The notes: generated by a model from the sequence alone, not told the origin. Shown: positions 22,110 to 33,794, numbered from the whole stretch's first letter. The stretch: DNA of 63,973 nt, filler included, from Stramenopiles sp. TOSAG23-2 (GCA_900128395.1; 15 parts of 15 records of this genome joined end to end with filler, not necessarily neighbours in it), one strand, 5' to 3'. Made by a program: numbers and translations.

Positions 22110-23870
22110 CTACAACTCTTCCTTTCTCTTCCCATTATTATTTTTCAATTGTTTTTTCAATTTTTTACCAATTTTCTTCTCCTTATTTAACCAATCTGGT
22201 ACTTTTAATTTCATTCCCTTGAAATTTTTTGCTAAACGGTTGATACATTTTGGATATACTAATCCACATAAATTTTGATTTGCTAATTCAATAGATACAA
22301 CACCTTTGCATACTAATATAGCTTGAAATATCAGCCCATTCATTGCTTTATGTGTACTTAATTGTTTATTAAATGCTCTTACTAAATCACCTGGGGATAT
22401 CATTTGACTATATCGATCCATATCTGGGAGCTTTTGTATATCTTTCTCTTTTAAACATACAGCGGCGGTCCATACTTGACTTTGTGGCTGCCATAACGCT
22501 GCTTTTACCCATTCGTTTACATGCCCCACATGCATCAATAAATCTTGTGCATAGGAAATACTATCTTGCAAACTTAACGATGTGCGATAATAACCAACTG
22601 GTACATATACAATTTCTCCAGCTTCTTGTGAACATTCCCATATTTTATTCTTTGCATTGATTTCCAATCCTTCATCATCTTTCAATTCAGACATTTTATC
22701 TTCGAAAAAATTAAATGCAGTACCATATCCATCTTCCAACTTGAATTTGCTGTGTTGTTTTTGCCCCATAACAAATATACGTCTCGCACCATGCACTAAT
22801 CCATCTAAATTTGGTACTCCCGTATAAACCATGGATGTACCACTACCAGCTGGACCAAACCGGATCTTTCGACTATCTTTTGCTTGATATTGGGCTTTAA
22901 AATTAGCGACATTTTCCACTAAATCTGACATTCCATTTGCAGTTGTAGAATTAATAGCTTTTAATAATTTACGTGTCGCCACATCCATTACTGATTTTAA
23001 CGCAATACCACCAACTGCTTCAATAGATACACCATCAATAATTTCATCGTCACCAAAATGCAATGCTGGTACTACTTGCTCACAATACTCCGTATCTGTA
23101 CCAGTTTTTTTAGTATTGCCAAAACATTTTGCAAAATATTCTGCTGGTGGTACCATTTGGGGTTGCAACATTTCTACTGTTTGACCAGCTTCAGGATCAC
23201 GTTGACCTTGCATTTGCATTTTTGCCATCATAGGACTTAAATATTTAATAGTACTATTTTCTTTTTTTCTTAAACGTGATAACTGCCACAATTCACGCAA
23301 TCGTTTAAAATCTCCATCTGCGCCAACAATTTTAAACGGTGAATGGATACTTACTTCACCTTTTTCCCATTTTCCTTGAAAATCATTGTAGTTGTACGTA
23401 GGAAAATTGCATTTTTGTGCTTGCATCGATGATTTTAATGGTCTTGTCCTTCGTCTTCCAGCTGAAAAACTAATTGCATCTTCGCTTTCCTCGTGGTCTG
23501 GTGTTGCGCCACCTTCATCTGACGTCGGTGTATTTTTCGATTTTGATGGTGTTTTATTAGCTTCTTTTTTTTTCATATTACGATGATGACCTTCCAATTT
23601 CTGTACCGCAGCACGTAGTGAAATCAATAATGGTTCAGCAATTTTTTCTTTTTTACCATACTCTAATAATTTTTTTGCACCATTTAATGTATCTTCAATC
23701 TGTGTTGATTTTACTTTTAATTGTAATGAAAAATGATTTAATGCATTTTTCTTTTTTTTACTTCTTTTTTTTGCATGAACTATTAGATTGTTATTATTAT
23801 TAGGTAATATTGTACATACTATTACGATTATAGTTAGTAGTATTGATTGAAAAAAGATCGAACGTTTCAT
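22110..23870 (-). CDS. Secretory-pathway JmjC-like (JMJD8-like) protein with C-terminal KEEL
   Basis: Signal peptide; FGPAGSGT, LVHGARR, WECSQEAGEIVYVPVGYY...LQDSIS cupin/JmjC motifs; KEEL ER-retrieval-like end. Confidence 0.7.
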   Translation of the reverse strand: MKRSIFFQSILLTIIVIVCTILPNNNNNLIVHAKKRSKKKKNALNHFSLQLKVKSTQIEDTLNGAKKLLEYGKKEKIAEPLLISLRAAVQKLEGHHRNMKKKEANKTPSKSKNTPTSDEGGATPDHEESEDAISFSAGRRRTRPLKSSMQAQKCNFPTYNYNDFQGKWEKGEVSIHSPFKIVGADGDFKRLRELWQLSRLRKKENSTIKYLSPMMAKMQMQGQRDPEAGQTVEMLQPQMVPPAEYFAKCFGNTKKTGTDTEYCEQVVPALHFGDDEIIDGVSIEAVGGIALKSVMDVATRKLLKAINSTTANGMSDLVENVANFKAQYQAKDSRKIRFGPAGSGTSMVYTGVPNLDGLVHGARRIFVMGQKQHSKFKLEDGYGTAFNFFEDKMSELKDDEGLEINAKNKIWECSQEAGEIVYVPVGYYRTSLSLQDSISYAQDLLMHVGHVNEWVKAALWQPQSQVWTAAVCLKEKDIQKLPDMDRYSQMISPGDLVRAFNKQLSTHKAMNGLIFQAILVCKGVVSIELANQNLCGLVYPKCINRLAKNFKGMKLKVPDWLNKEKKIGKKLKKQLKNNNGKRKEEL

Positions 23871-24655
23871 TATTGCAACGATACTTTCTTTCTTTTTTAA
23901 TAATTTATTTGAATAGTGAAATTTTATGTTCTGTTGAAATTTGAAGTTGCTATATATCGTAATTGCGTTTCGATGGTATGCTGGTATGCATCTATCTAAT
24001 ATATCTAATGTATATATATTTATGTATGATATAATATTTATTCATATATTTTATATATATATTGTAATAAAATAAGGCCACGTGTTTTTTGTATCTTTTT
24101 ATCTTTTTGTGCTGCGTTACCTCACTAGGTAGCAAAGCTATATAGGAGTAACAGTACACTTTTTATAGAGAAGTATACTGGATTACTCTGGACACCAGAG
24201 ATTTTCTTTGCCACTTGCCAGTACCCTGACAAGGAAAACTAGTGTACCTGGTAGTATAGCGATACTGGTATAGAGGATCCGGATCTAGAGATCCCTCTAT
24301 ACTTTTTATTTTGGGTGATGATGATGGTGGCCTCAGGGTGGCATTTTTTTAATTTTTTAATTATTTGAAGTGTTGGCCCCAAATTGTTCTGTCATATTAC
24401 AATAGGGATAGCATTGTCGGAGCAATTTATTTGAGTGAAACGGTCTTGAAAATAGATTTTACACCTCACAAAACATATATATCATATTTAATATTGTAAC
24501 TGTACATAAAAAGAAATTCATAAACAAAACAAAGCAGAAACGATTTATACAAAAAAGAATCAAATTATACAATACTTAATAATAATCCAGAATTTATATT
24601 ATTATTACCAAATACAAACAAAATTCTACTGTATAAAAAACAGAAATAAGAAAAG

Positions 24656-25393
24656 ATGAGTACATCAACAGAAATGAAACCACAAATGCCAAGCGAAATG
24701 ATGAAAAACGCTGCACGTGTTTATACCAGTCAATATAAATTGTTAGGATATAAGAAAATAGCAAATCTTATCAAAACTCAGCATCCAGAATATTCCCTAT
24801 CCACGAAACAATTAAAAGAGTTTTTTGCAGTGAAAGAAAATATTCTACCTGCACACGTCTTAGCAGCAGATTCACCTGTTGCTAAAAAGAATATTCTTCG
24901 AAATAAACTACGTTCAAGAAAATTTTCGACCTTGAAACCACGTAAAACACCAAGAAAAACTCCATTGAAACAAAGAACTAATATCACCTCTTTTGATGAT
25001 AACGAGGGGGAGGAGGATGACGAATACAACCCAGAAGAAGAAGTCGAGGAATTATCAGAGGTAGATACAGACGCTGAAATCGACGATAATGTAGAAGAAG
25101 AAATTGTTTCAGATACTGAATTTAATTTCAATATTGATATTACTGAAGTCCAAGAAGTGAAAAAAGTAATAACTAAAAAAAAGAAAAAACGACGTGGTAA
25201 ATCTGCAAAAAAAAAATCATCAAATAAAAAAAAGAAAATGAAAGCTAGACTGAAAAAATTAGAAAATACTAATGCAAAAAAAAGTTTGAACATGAATACT
25301 GTTACCCCATCATTTTATAATATCAACGATGAACGTTTGTATGACGATATTGTAGAAGAAGTTGATTTGACAGCTGCATTTTTAGGATTTTAA
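24656..25393 (+). CDS. Hypothetical protein with acidic and Lys-rich tracts
   Basis: 245-aa ORF with coding-like composition; NLS-like KKKKKRRGK; no family recognised. Confidence 0.7.
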   Translation: MSTSTEMKPQMPSEMMKNAARVYTSQYKLLGYKKIANLIKTQHPEYSLSTKQLKEFFAVKENILPAHVLAADSPVAKKNILRNKLRSRKFSTLKPRKTPRKTPLKQRTNITSFDDNEGEEDDEYNPEEEVEELSEVDTDAEIDDNVEEEIVSDTEFNFNIDITEVQEVKKVITKKKKKRRGKSAKKKSSNKKKKMKARLKKLENTNAKKSLNMNTVTPSFYNINDERLYDDIVEEVDLTAAFLGF

Positions 25394-25555
25394 AAAGCAT
25401 TTTACACATATCACATTTTTTAAAAATGTGCTCCTTTCAAAACGGAACGCACGCAAAAAAATGGATTTTGACATTTTATAGAAGTGACGCTGTGTGAACA
25501 CATTTTAAGTCCGGCTGAAGACATATGGCTATTAAGAGTAAAACATAATTTAGTC

Positions 25556-25614
25556 TACGCATAATTTATTTTTAATTTACTCATGATAATTCCTACTCTT
25601 CAAAAGAATAAAAT
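25556..25614 (+). repeat. Dispersed ~60-80-bp repeat, copy 2 (cut by contig end)
   Basis: TACGCATAATTTATTTTTAATTTACTCATGATAATTCCTACTCTTCAAAAGAATA. Confidence 0.9.
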
Positions 25615-26180
25615 NNNNNNNNNNNNNNNNNNNNNNNNNNNNNNNNNNNNNNNNNNNNTTAATTAATTAANNNNNNNNNNNNNNNNNNNNNNNNNNNNNN
25701 NNNNNNNNNNNNNNAATCTCACCAGATCACATCATCAGGTCACCATAGACTAACCTGCAGCCTTACGTAGTAGGCAGACCATGTGACATAGAATCTAATA
25801 ATTCGCACATACCACAGGGAAATACTGTACCTGTATCTGTACCTGGTACAATACATTAACATAATACTGCACTATACGTAGAGCTACCAGAGGTACAGTA
25901 CAGTATAATCGAATGTGTGAAATGTGTGGTGTGTAGCTGTGGAAATAATGTATACTATTATAATGTGATGACATCAGAAATTAAAATACACAATAATGCC
26001 ACCGAAGTTTGTTTGTATTGTCTGTTTGTCTTTAATTATATTATTAATAATAGAAATTAGAAATTAGAAATGAAATTATATTTATATATACCATATAATA
26101 TGTATTGATGGAATGTACAGAGAAGTACAAGGAGTTATCCAGAACAAGTAGTTACTTGAACAACAACAAATATATAATAT

Positions 26181-27809
26181 ATGTATAACATGAAAAAGTT
26201 TGCCATATTCAATGCAATACAACAACAATTGAAAAAACAAATTATTAAAAGTAATAGTACACATCACCATATACCATCTCCTTTTTTATTTTTACAAAGA
26301 CGACATTTTAGTAACCCGAATATATTAGCATCAAATGAAATAGATACACCCGAAGAAGGTGCGGAAAAAATCAAATTAAGCAATTCATTAGAAGGAAAGT
26401 CGCAAAAATTACCAACGCTGGATATACCGTTAGATGGAATCCCGGAACTTGTACCGGCATCTAATTTAGATGCACCAAAGACAAATATAACCACTTTGGA
26501 AAATGGCCTACGTGTTGTTACGGAAGAAACATATGGTCAATGTAGTACAATAGGGTTTTTAATTACGGCTGGTAGTCGTTTCGAGACACCAGGCCACAAT
26601 GATGGTGTATCCCATGTCTTGGAACAACTAGCATTTAAAAGTACAGAGAAACGTACACATGCAGAAATTGTACGCGAAATTGAAGATCTTGGTATACACC
26701 CTAGTTTAGTAGTAGGACGCGAGGAATTTTTATATCAAATGGATGTGATGAGAGAAAATGTTGAGGATACGTTGGAATTATTGTCAGATGTGGTACAAAA
26801 TCCAGTATTCGATGAAGAGGAAATGAACGAGGCGAAGGAAATAACTGGGCTAATATTAGGAGAAATGGATATGCCACAATTTATAGTGCATGAAGAGTTG
26901 GTCACCACAGCATTTGGCAAAGATACACCGATTGGACAACCATTATTATGCGATATGAATGCATTGCCAAATATTTCATCTAAAACCGTAAAAGATTTTG
27001 TTAATGGTCATTTTTGTGCTGAAAATATGATTTTAGGCATTGCAGGGATGGAACATGATGAAGCTGTTGCATTAGCAAAGAAATATTTTAGTAACATACC
27101 AGAAAAATCTTCCATATCGAATATGGATGAATTTCGTAAACTACAAACGAAACCTAGCAAGTATAAAGGAGGTTTGAAATTGATAAATGTACCGGATTTA
27201 CCATATACACATGTTTCTGTCGCATTCGATAGTGGACATGGCTGGCATGGTGACGATGTTATCCCAGCATGTGTTTTACATTCATTGTTAGGTGGTGGCG
27301 ATTCATTCAGTGCAGGTGGTCCTGGAAAAGGGATGTATTCAAGGTTGTACAGGGAAGTATTAAATCGATATTATTGGGTTGAAAGTATACAAGGCATATC
27401 GATCTTCAATTCTGATTGCGGTGTTACTGGTATCATGGGAAGTTGCGAGCCAAGTTACATCAATAACTTATTAGCTTGTATGTGTTATCAAATTAAAAAT
27501 TTAGTAAAAGAACCAGTCTCAGAAATAGAATTAACACGAGCACGTAATCGATTAAAATCAACTATAATGATGAGTTTAGAATCACGACAATTATTATGTG
27601 AAGATCTTGTTCGACAAGTTGCTACCTATGGCAAACGTGAAAGCGCAGATGAAATGTGTGCCAAAATTGATAAAGTGACAGAAGAAGATTTAATGCGAGT
27701 AGCAAGAAATGCTATTGCATCTCCACCAACGGTGGTTGTATATGGGGAGACATCGAATATACCAGCGAATGTATTAGAATTGGTGGAAAAAACTGTGAGA
27801 TCTGATTGA
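26181..27809 (+). CDS. PMPCA: Mitochondrial processing peptidase alpha subunit
   Basis: TTLENGLRV, AGSRFE, GVSHVLEQLAFKST and the diagnostic glycine loop GGGDSFSAGGPGKGMYSRLY; presequence ending RRHFS; start may be 26190. Confidence 0.95.
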   Translation: MYNMKKFAIFNAIQQQLKKQIIKSNSTHHHIPSPFLFLQRRHFSNPNILASNEIDTPEEGAEKIKLSNSLEGKSQKLPTLDIPLDGIPELVPASNLDAPKTNITTLENGLRVVTEETYGQCSTIGFLITAGSRFETPGHNDGVSHVLEQLAFKSTEKRTHAEIVREIEDLGIHPSLVVGREEFLYQMDVMRENVEDTLELLSDVVQNPVFDEEEMNEAKEITGLILGEMDMPQFIVHEELVTTAFGKDTPIGQPLLCDMNALPNISSKTVKDFVNGHFCAENMILGIAGMEHDEAVALAKKYFSNIPEKSSISNMDEFRKLQTKPSKYKGGLKLINVPDLPYTHVSVAFDSGHGWHGDDVIPACVLHSLLGGGDSFSAGGPGKGMYSRLYREVLNRYYWVESIQGISIFNSDCGVTGIMGSCEPSYINNLLACMCYQIKNLVKEPVSEIELTRARNRLKSTIMMSLESRQLLCEDLVRQVATYGKRESADEMCAKIDKVTEEDLMRVARNAIASPPTVVVYGETSNIPANVLELVEKTVRSD

Positions 27810-28014
27810 AGAAAAAAGAGTGTTGTGTACGAGTATATAATAAAACTAAACAAAAGAATATATATATATATACGAAGCGCACATACGAAACGTACCATCA
27901 AATATGTGAGAAAAAGTATATTCAAAATATTATACATGTACCAAAAGTATATCATACATAGAATTTTTTATATCATACATGTATGATATGATATATATGT
28001 GTTTTCAAGGCTCT

Positions 28015-28584
28015 TCACAACTGTTCACTTAACCATTTAAAAGCTTCTTCAATACCCATACCTTTTAACACGCTGGTTTCAAAAATTTTAATAGGAGCCT
28101 CCCTAGATTTAGTATCTATTTCATCTAACCCAATGGCTTTGACAACATCGTCCAAATGAGTTGCATCTTTTCGATCAACTTTATTCGATAAAATAACAAT
28201 TGGTTTATCATTAATTGGTTCATATTCTAAAATTTCTTCCAATTCTTCCTGTGCTTCTTCAAAACGTCTGATGTCTGTACAATCAACCATAAATATAATT
28301 GCATCTGTCTCAAGATAATACTCTTCCCACAAATGCCTGACTGCATCATGTCCCCCAAGGTCGAATCCTTGAAATTTAATTCCGGCAATTTGAAAATTTT
28401 GTTCCTTCACACGTTCCGTAGGTGTGAATTGCCTTACAGTTCCAGTACGTAAACGGTGTAATAATGTTGTTTTACCAGCATTGTCCAAACCAATGACTAC
28501 TAAAGATGCTTCTTTATCTTGAAAACCAACAAACATGGACAAAAAATAATCAAACCATGATGAAAAGTATGATAAGAAATCCAT
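28015..28584 (-). CDS. Sar1-like small GTPase (ARF family), divergent
   Basis: GLDNAGKTT, FDLGGH (the Sar-type His), NKVD, hydrophobic non-myristoylated N-terminus, F.WL C-terminus. Confidence 0.9.
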   Translation of the reverse strand: MDFLSYFSSWFDYFLSMFVGFQDKEASLVVIGLDNAGKTTLLHRLRTGTVRQFTPTERVKEQNFQIAGIKFQGFDLGGHDAVRHLWEEYYLETDAIIFMVDCTDIRRFEEAQEELEEILEYEPINDKPIVILSNKVDRKDATHLDDVVKAIGLDEIDTKSREAPIKIFETSVLKGMGIEEAFKWLSEQL

Positions 28585-28857
28585 GGTGATTCAACTACGT
28601 TAGAAATTTATTCGTCGAGATGATCTATAATATATTTTATCACTATATATATATTTATGTATGAGATATATTGTTTGTTATGGAGTTTTCTTCTAATATA
28701 AATAGTAACATTTATCATTTATAGCTTTATTATTAATATTATTTATATAGGAGCAAAAGCGGAAATTAGTAGCTCTAGCTATAGGATATAATATTATAGG
28801 CCAATATTTAATACAAAGTATTATAAAAAATATATAGATTTATTACATGAATAATTT

Positions 28858-29886
28858 TTACATCCCATGGAGCATTTCTAAATTAGGTGCAATTAATTGA
28901 CTAGTTTTCTCTAAATATACGTTTTTATGCATCAACAAAACCAAATCTATACGATTGTTTATCCGTAAGAAATATTCAACATAGTTTTCAAAGGCCTTAC
29001 TTGGTGGGAAACATTCAAGGCATTTAAAAAAAGCATTCCAACCTAAAGTAAACCCAGTTGAGCTTGTATTATCAGTCAATTGCTTGCACAGTTGGCAATA
29101 TATTTCATCTCTTGAACTTGGAAATGCATAACCCAATTTAACTAATTCATTTAGACACCCTAATGGATATGGGTAATACCGATCATGCATATAGCCTAAT
29201 ATATACTTGGATATTTTAATTCCAAGCGCATAATTATCAAAGGATAATTTAGTCAATGGTTTTTCCAAAATGTTTTTCGTCCATTTCAATTTATATGGCG
29301 CCTTGTCATCCATTTTATTAATATCATCATCTTTCTTGGAATCTCCTATCGCATCGTATTGAAATTCTTTTGCTTGGTAAGATGCTGGTTGTAATGTTAA
29401 ACCAGGATAATTGTCCAATCGAAACTGCTCCCATAAACCTTCCATTTGTTTAGATTTAATATCAACTGTTACTTCCGCCACCATTCCAGCATCATTTTTT
29501 TCCAATGCTTTCTTCAATTTAACTTCCATAAAAGCATTTTCCGGCAACGCAGTTAAAATTCGTATGTTTTCATCGTTATCTAGTCTGATACCTAGTCTAT
29601 CAGCAGCAGCCAAGGTTTGAATAAGTAATTTCCTATCTAAAAACTCGAATGCATGACTTCCATCCCCTACTAAGGCCTTTGCATATTTACGAATTTCAGG
29701 TACACTGCCGTGATCGTCTAATGCGGTTCTGCCCCTAGCACTTGAAATATTTAATTCTTTCAGCATTAATCTAAATTCACACTCTTTTGAAGCTGCTTTT
29801 AGCTCATCAATACTTGTTTGGGGGATCCCAACACCATTTAACAATGCTCTCTTTACGCCATCGAGGCAAAGATATGTGTTGCATGT
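28858..29886 (-). CDS. MyTH4-domain protein (myosin-tail-like), C-terminal fragment
   Basis: LKWTK..L..PLTKL, ILGYMHDR, RDEIYCQLCKQLTDN, GW......FPPS..FENY MyTH4 motifs; frame open to the contig edge. Confidence 0.85.
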   Translation of the reverse strand, partial: TCNTYLCLDGVKRALLNGVGIPQTSIDELKAASKECEFRLMLKELNISSARGRTALDDHGSVPEIRKYAKALVGDGSHAFEFLDRKLLIQTLAAADRLGIRLDNDENIRILTALPENAFMEVKLKKALEKNDAGMVAEVTVDIKSKQMEGLWEQFRLDNYPGLTLQPASYQAKEFQYDAIGDSKKDDDINKMDDKAPYKLKWTKNILEKPLTKLSFDNYALGIKISKYILGYMHDRYYPYPLGCLNELVKLGYAFPSSRDEIYCQLCKQLTDNTSSTGFTLGWNAFFKCLECFPPSKAFENYVEYFLRINNRIDLVLLMHKNVYLEKTSQLIAPNLEMLHGM

Positions 29887-30889
29887 CGNNNNNNNNNNNN
29901 NNNNNNNNNNNNNNNNNNNNNNNNNNNNNNNNTTAATTAATTAANNNNNNNNNNNNNNNNNNNNNNNNNNNNNNNNNNNNNNNNNNNNCGTCGTTGTGTC
30001 CTTTTTATGTAATTATTTGTATATGCATGCAGAGAGAGAGAGAGAGAGACCAGTTACATTTAATTTTTTATATTTACATTCTAATTCATTTAACTAATAA
30101 CTACTACTTAAATAAACTGTAGTACTACTATTAGTAACTATTTACTTTAACTTGTGTATATAATAATAAGCTGTATGCTGGCATGCCAGCATGCACCTAC
30201 TCAGGAAACCCGCTATGCTATAATACTCCAGCTGCCCTATAATAATTATGCACGATGCATCACCATGGCCAGGCAAGCAAGCCTAGCTAGGCACACGCAC
30301 CCAGCACAAAGCACAAGGAAAACATTATAAATTATTTATAATTGTATTTTGGTTTGAAAAAAGGTTGTTTTCCTTACAAGGAAATAACAAACCGTGTGAG
30401 GAAAGGATTTTTTAGGCTGGCTATAAAATATAATTGAAATAAATGGGGGCGAGATCCGGAGTAGGGAATTTAAAATATTATATAGTGCAGATAGGGAAGA
30501 GAGTAAAATTTTTAAATTATCCTAATGACATACTACTGAAAAAAAAAAAAAAATTATAAATTATTTATTAAAAATATTTGATTTTTTCGTTCGATTTTAA
30601 AAAATTATAAAATTTTAGTAAATTTTAGGTGATATATTAGCTTAAATCATGATAAAATCTGAGTTGTAAATATCAGCTCCGATTTCGAAGTGTAAAATAC
30701 ACCTTGAGCTGTCTTTTTTAACTTAAACTTATATATATATATTTCATTTACGTCTTTTTTTTGATTTTTTCTTTTTTGATTTTTTTTTGGAAAACGTTTT
30801 TTTATGGCAACTGTGAAAGTGTTTTTAACATCAACATCATATATGATAGCATATTTTATTTTTCAATGATATATTATATCTTCTTCTCA

Positions 30890-31612
30890 TTATTCAAATA
30901 AATTGATGAAAAGAAAGATACAAATAAGCAACATTGCAGTAACAAAACCAGAATTCGATGTAGCTTTTGAAACAACTGGACCAGCTTTTGAAACAACTGG
31001 ACCAGCATTTGATGTACTATACTTACTCGAATAGTCGCCTTGGTTGCTGTGGCTGTTGTAGCATTTTCCCATATCATATGTATTTGTTGCCGGGTCACCA
31101 GAACAGTCCGCATTTGAATATACTGTTGAATATACTTTTGTAGAATCCCACTCCATCACATGATTTCTTATGCATTTTCCATTTAGAGATGCGTTATAAC
31201 ATCTATCAGGGTCACTTATAATCTTTCCACATGTAACACCACTGTAAGATGAATATATCAATTTACCTTCCCCAGTACAATATGCATCCTTCTCGCTGGC
31301 TGACATTATAGCTTCATTCATTGAAAAAGGGGGATTCTTGTAACAATCTGTCGATTTGTTGTATGATTTTGTAGCAGTACCAGTGCAATTTTTATTGGTA
31401 AAATATTCCTGTTTAAAATCGCTGCTTGTAACTTGTCTTATTCTTATAAATGCGGGACTTGAACCAATGTAAGTGCAAACCCCAATTTTAATGAACCCAC
31501 CTACCAAAACTGCATCGCCTGAGCAATCTTCAGATAAATAGGCTTTAGTGGCAAGATAATCTGTAGCTACTGTTGTACATAACAATAGAGATATAAATAC
31601 AAGAAATTTCAT
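30890..31612 (-). CDS. Secreted Cys-rich surface protein, possibly GPI-anchored
   Basis: Signal peptide; repeated Y/F-x-x-x-x-C-S/T-G modules; short AGPVVSK x2 stalk; hydrophobic C-terminus. Confidence 0.75.
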   Translation of the reverse strand: MKFLVFISLLLCTTVATDYLATKAYLSEDCSGDAVLVGGFIKIGVCTYIGSSPAFIRIRQVTSSDFKQEYFTNKNCTGTATKSYNKSTDCYKNPPFSMNEAIMSASEKDAYCTGEGKLIYSSYSGVTCGKIISDPDRCYNASLNGKCIRNHVMEWDSTKVYSTVYSNADCSGDPATNTYDMGKCYNSHSNQGDYSSKYSTSNAGPVVSKAGPVVSKATSNSGFVTAMLLICIFLFINLFE

Positions 31613-32060
31613 TTCTTTTACATGTTGGTATTAATATATTTTTATTTTTTTGGTTCGATGCATGTTTTGCTTGTGTGTGTGTGTGTGTGTGTGTAGTTAG
31701 GTTGTGTATTTAATACCTGCTATACAAAAACAACTACAACTATTAAAAAAAAAAGTAAAAGGCTGATGTAATTAATGGAAATGTGCAAATGTCCGATATC
31801 AACCACCAACCACCAACCATCAGCACGCAAGATCCCTATCAACATGTCTTATAAGAATACTTTTTATTTTTTTTAAGTACACATTATTATATTTTTTTTA
31901 GGTAATTCTGAGGCATTATTTTATTATTCAATTATTATAAATTTATACCAGGTACTATAGAAGAAATATATATATGTACTTTATGTATGGCTGTAGTCTG
32001 TAGTAAGAAAAATGAAAAAGAGAGAAGAAGAGATTAACAAAATTGTTTGTTATTATTATC

Positions 32061-33422
32061 ATGAAATTTACATCAGTATTATTAGCGACTCTTATGGTGC
32101 TTGCCGTTGGGAACGGGAAAAGGACATGGATGTCACCAAAATTAAATGAAAAAGTCAAAGGAGAAATCACAGAAAATGATCCAACTGGATTGTGCGATAC
32201 GGTAAAGTCAAAAGCTGGTTATTTTAAAATAACTGGCAGCAAAAATAAAAATTACTTTTATTGGTATTTTGAAGCAAGAAATAATCCAGAAACAGCGCCA
32301 ACTATATTATGGATGACGGGTGGACCAGGGTGTAGTAGTGGTATTGCGTTATTCAAAGAGAATGGGCCTTGTAAAATTGATCCAAATCATGATGACCAAA
32401 CATTGAAAAATACATATGGATGGAATACTAACGCAAATATTGTTTACATTGATCAACCAGCTGGCGTTGGTTTCAGTTATGGAGATACATCTGATGCAGA
32501 CCATGACGAAGCTGAAGTTGCTGAAGATATGTATAATTTCTTACACGAATTTTCCGAAGCGAATAATAATCTGTTGAAAACAAATGATTTCTTTATTTTT
32601 GGAGAGAGTTACGGAGGTCACTACGCCCCTGCAACAGCAAATCGTGTTGGTAATTCTCTCAATTTAAAAGGTCTTGGTGTTGGAAATGGTTTAACCGCAC
32701 CAGAAGTTCAATATACTTCATACCCAACAATGGCATACAATTATTCCATTGAGGTTACTGGCAAGCCATCAGTTACTTTGGAACAATACGAAGCAATGAC
32801 TGAAGCCCTTCCTGGATGCCTTGATAGCATTAAATTATGTCAAAAACATGGTGGTGATTCATGTGCAAAATCACAAGCAATGTGTAATGGTGCTTTACTC
32901 AATCCATATTACGAAACAGGATTAAATCCATATGATATCCGTGAAAAATGCAAAGTGAAGCCTTTATGTTATAATTTCACAGACGTTGAATTCTTTTTGG
33001 ATATGCCATCTACACAAGCAAAATTAGGCATTCCAAATCATATTGAATGGCAATCTTGTAATTTTACAGTCAATGCTGCATTTGCAAATGATTGGATGGA
33101 AAGCTTTTCATATACAGTACCAAATTTATTGAAATTAGGTGTTCGTGTATTGATTTATGATGGCGATATGGATTTCGTTGTAAATTGGATTGGTGATAAA
33201 GCATGGACATTAGCTTTGGATTGGCCAGGAAAAGATTCGTTCAATAATTTGACAGATGTTCCATACAAAGGAGCAGATGGAAATATTGCATGGTATTCAA
33301 GAACTTTTCAAGGTTTTACCTTCATGCGTGTTCATGATGCTGGGCATATGGTACCATTGGATCAACCATTAAATGCACTTGATATGTTGGATAAATTTTT
33401 AAATAATCAACCTTTTGTTTAA
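32061..33422 (+). CDS. Serine carboxypeptidase (peptidase S10, CPY-like)
   Basis: WMTGGPGCSS, DQPAGVGFSY, GESYGGHY (catalytic Ser), GDMD (Asp), AGHMVP (His); signal peptide from ATG 32061. Confidence 0.96.
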   Translation: MKFTSVLLATLMVLAVGNGKRTWMSPKLNEKVKGEITENDPTGLCDTVKSKAGYFKITGSKNKNYFYWYFEARNNPETAPTILWMTGGPGCSSGIALFKENGPCKIDPNHDDQTLKNTYGWNTNANIVYIDQPAGVGFSYGDTSDADHDEAEVAEDMYNFLHEFSEANNNLLKTNDFFIFGESYGGHYAPATANRVGNSLNLKGLGVGNGLTAPEVQYTSYPTMAYNYSIEVTGKPSVTLEQYEAMTEALPGCLDSIKLCQKHGGDSCAKSQAMCNGALLNPYYETGLNPYDIREKCKVKPLCYNFTDVEFFLDMPSTQAKLGIPNHIEWQSCNFTVNAAFANDWMESFSYTVPNLLKLGVRVLIYDGDMDFVVNWIGDKAWTLALDWPGKDSFNNLTDVPYKGADGNIAWYSRTFQGFTFMRVHDAGHMVPLDQPLNALDMLDKFLNNQPFV

Positions 33423-33573
33423 AAAAAGAGTATATAATACTGTAGTATACTAGTGAACGAAAGAAGAAAGGTAATGCACTTGATATGTTGGATAAATTTT
33501 TAAATAATCAACCTTTTGTTTAAAAAAAGAGTATATAATACTGTAGTATACTAGTGAACGAAAGAAGAAAGGT
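33372..33573. repeat. Exact tandem duplication, 101 bp x2, covering a gene 3' end
   Basis: 33372-33472 is identical to 33473-33573. Confidence 0.95.
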
Positions 33574-33794
33574 ATTTTCTTTTAGTTGCTTCACGAAGAA
33601 AAAGAAACCGCATATATGATATAGTGCTCTTTATAATATTAAAAAGAAGAATTAAAAATTAAGAGTGCGTTTTAATAAAATACGAACCGCGTATGTATTT
33701 TTTAAAAAAGTAAACACACATCATACGAATCCCGTAAAATCTTTTAAAATATTATTATGGGAATATCAACACATTAGTGTGAGATTAGATTATT

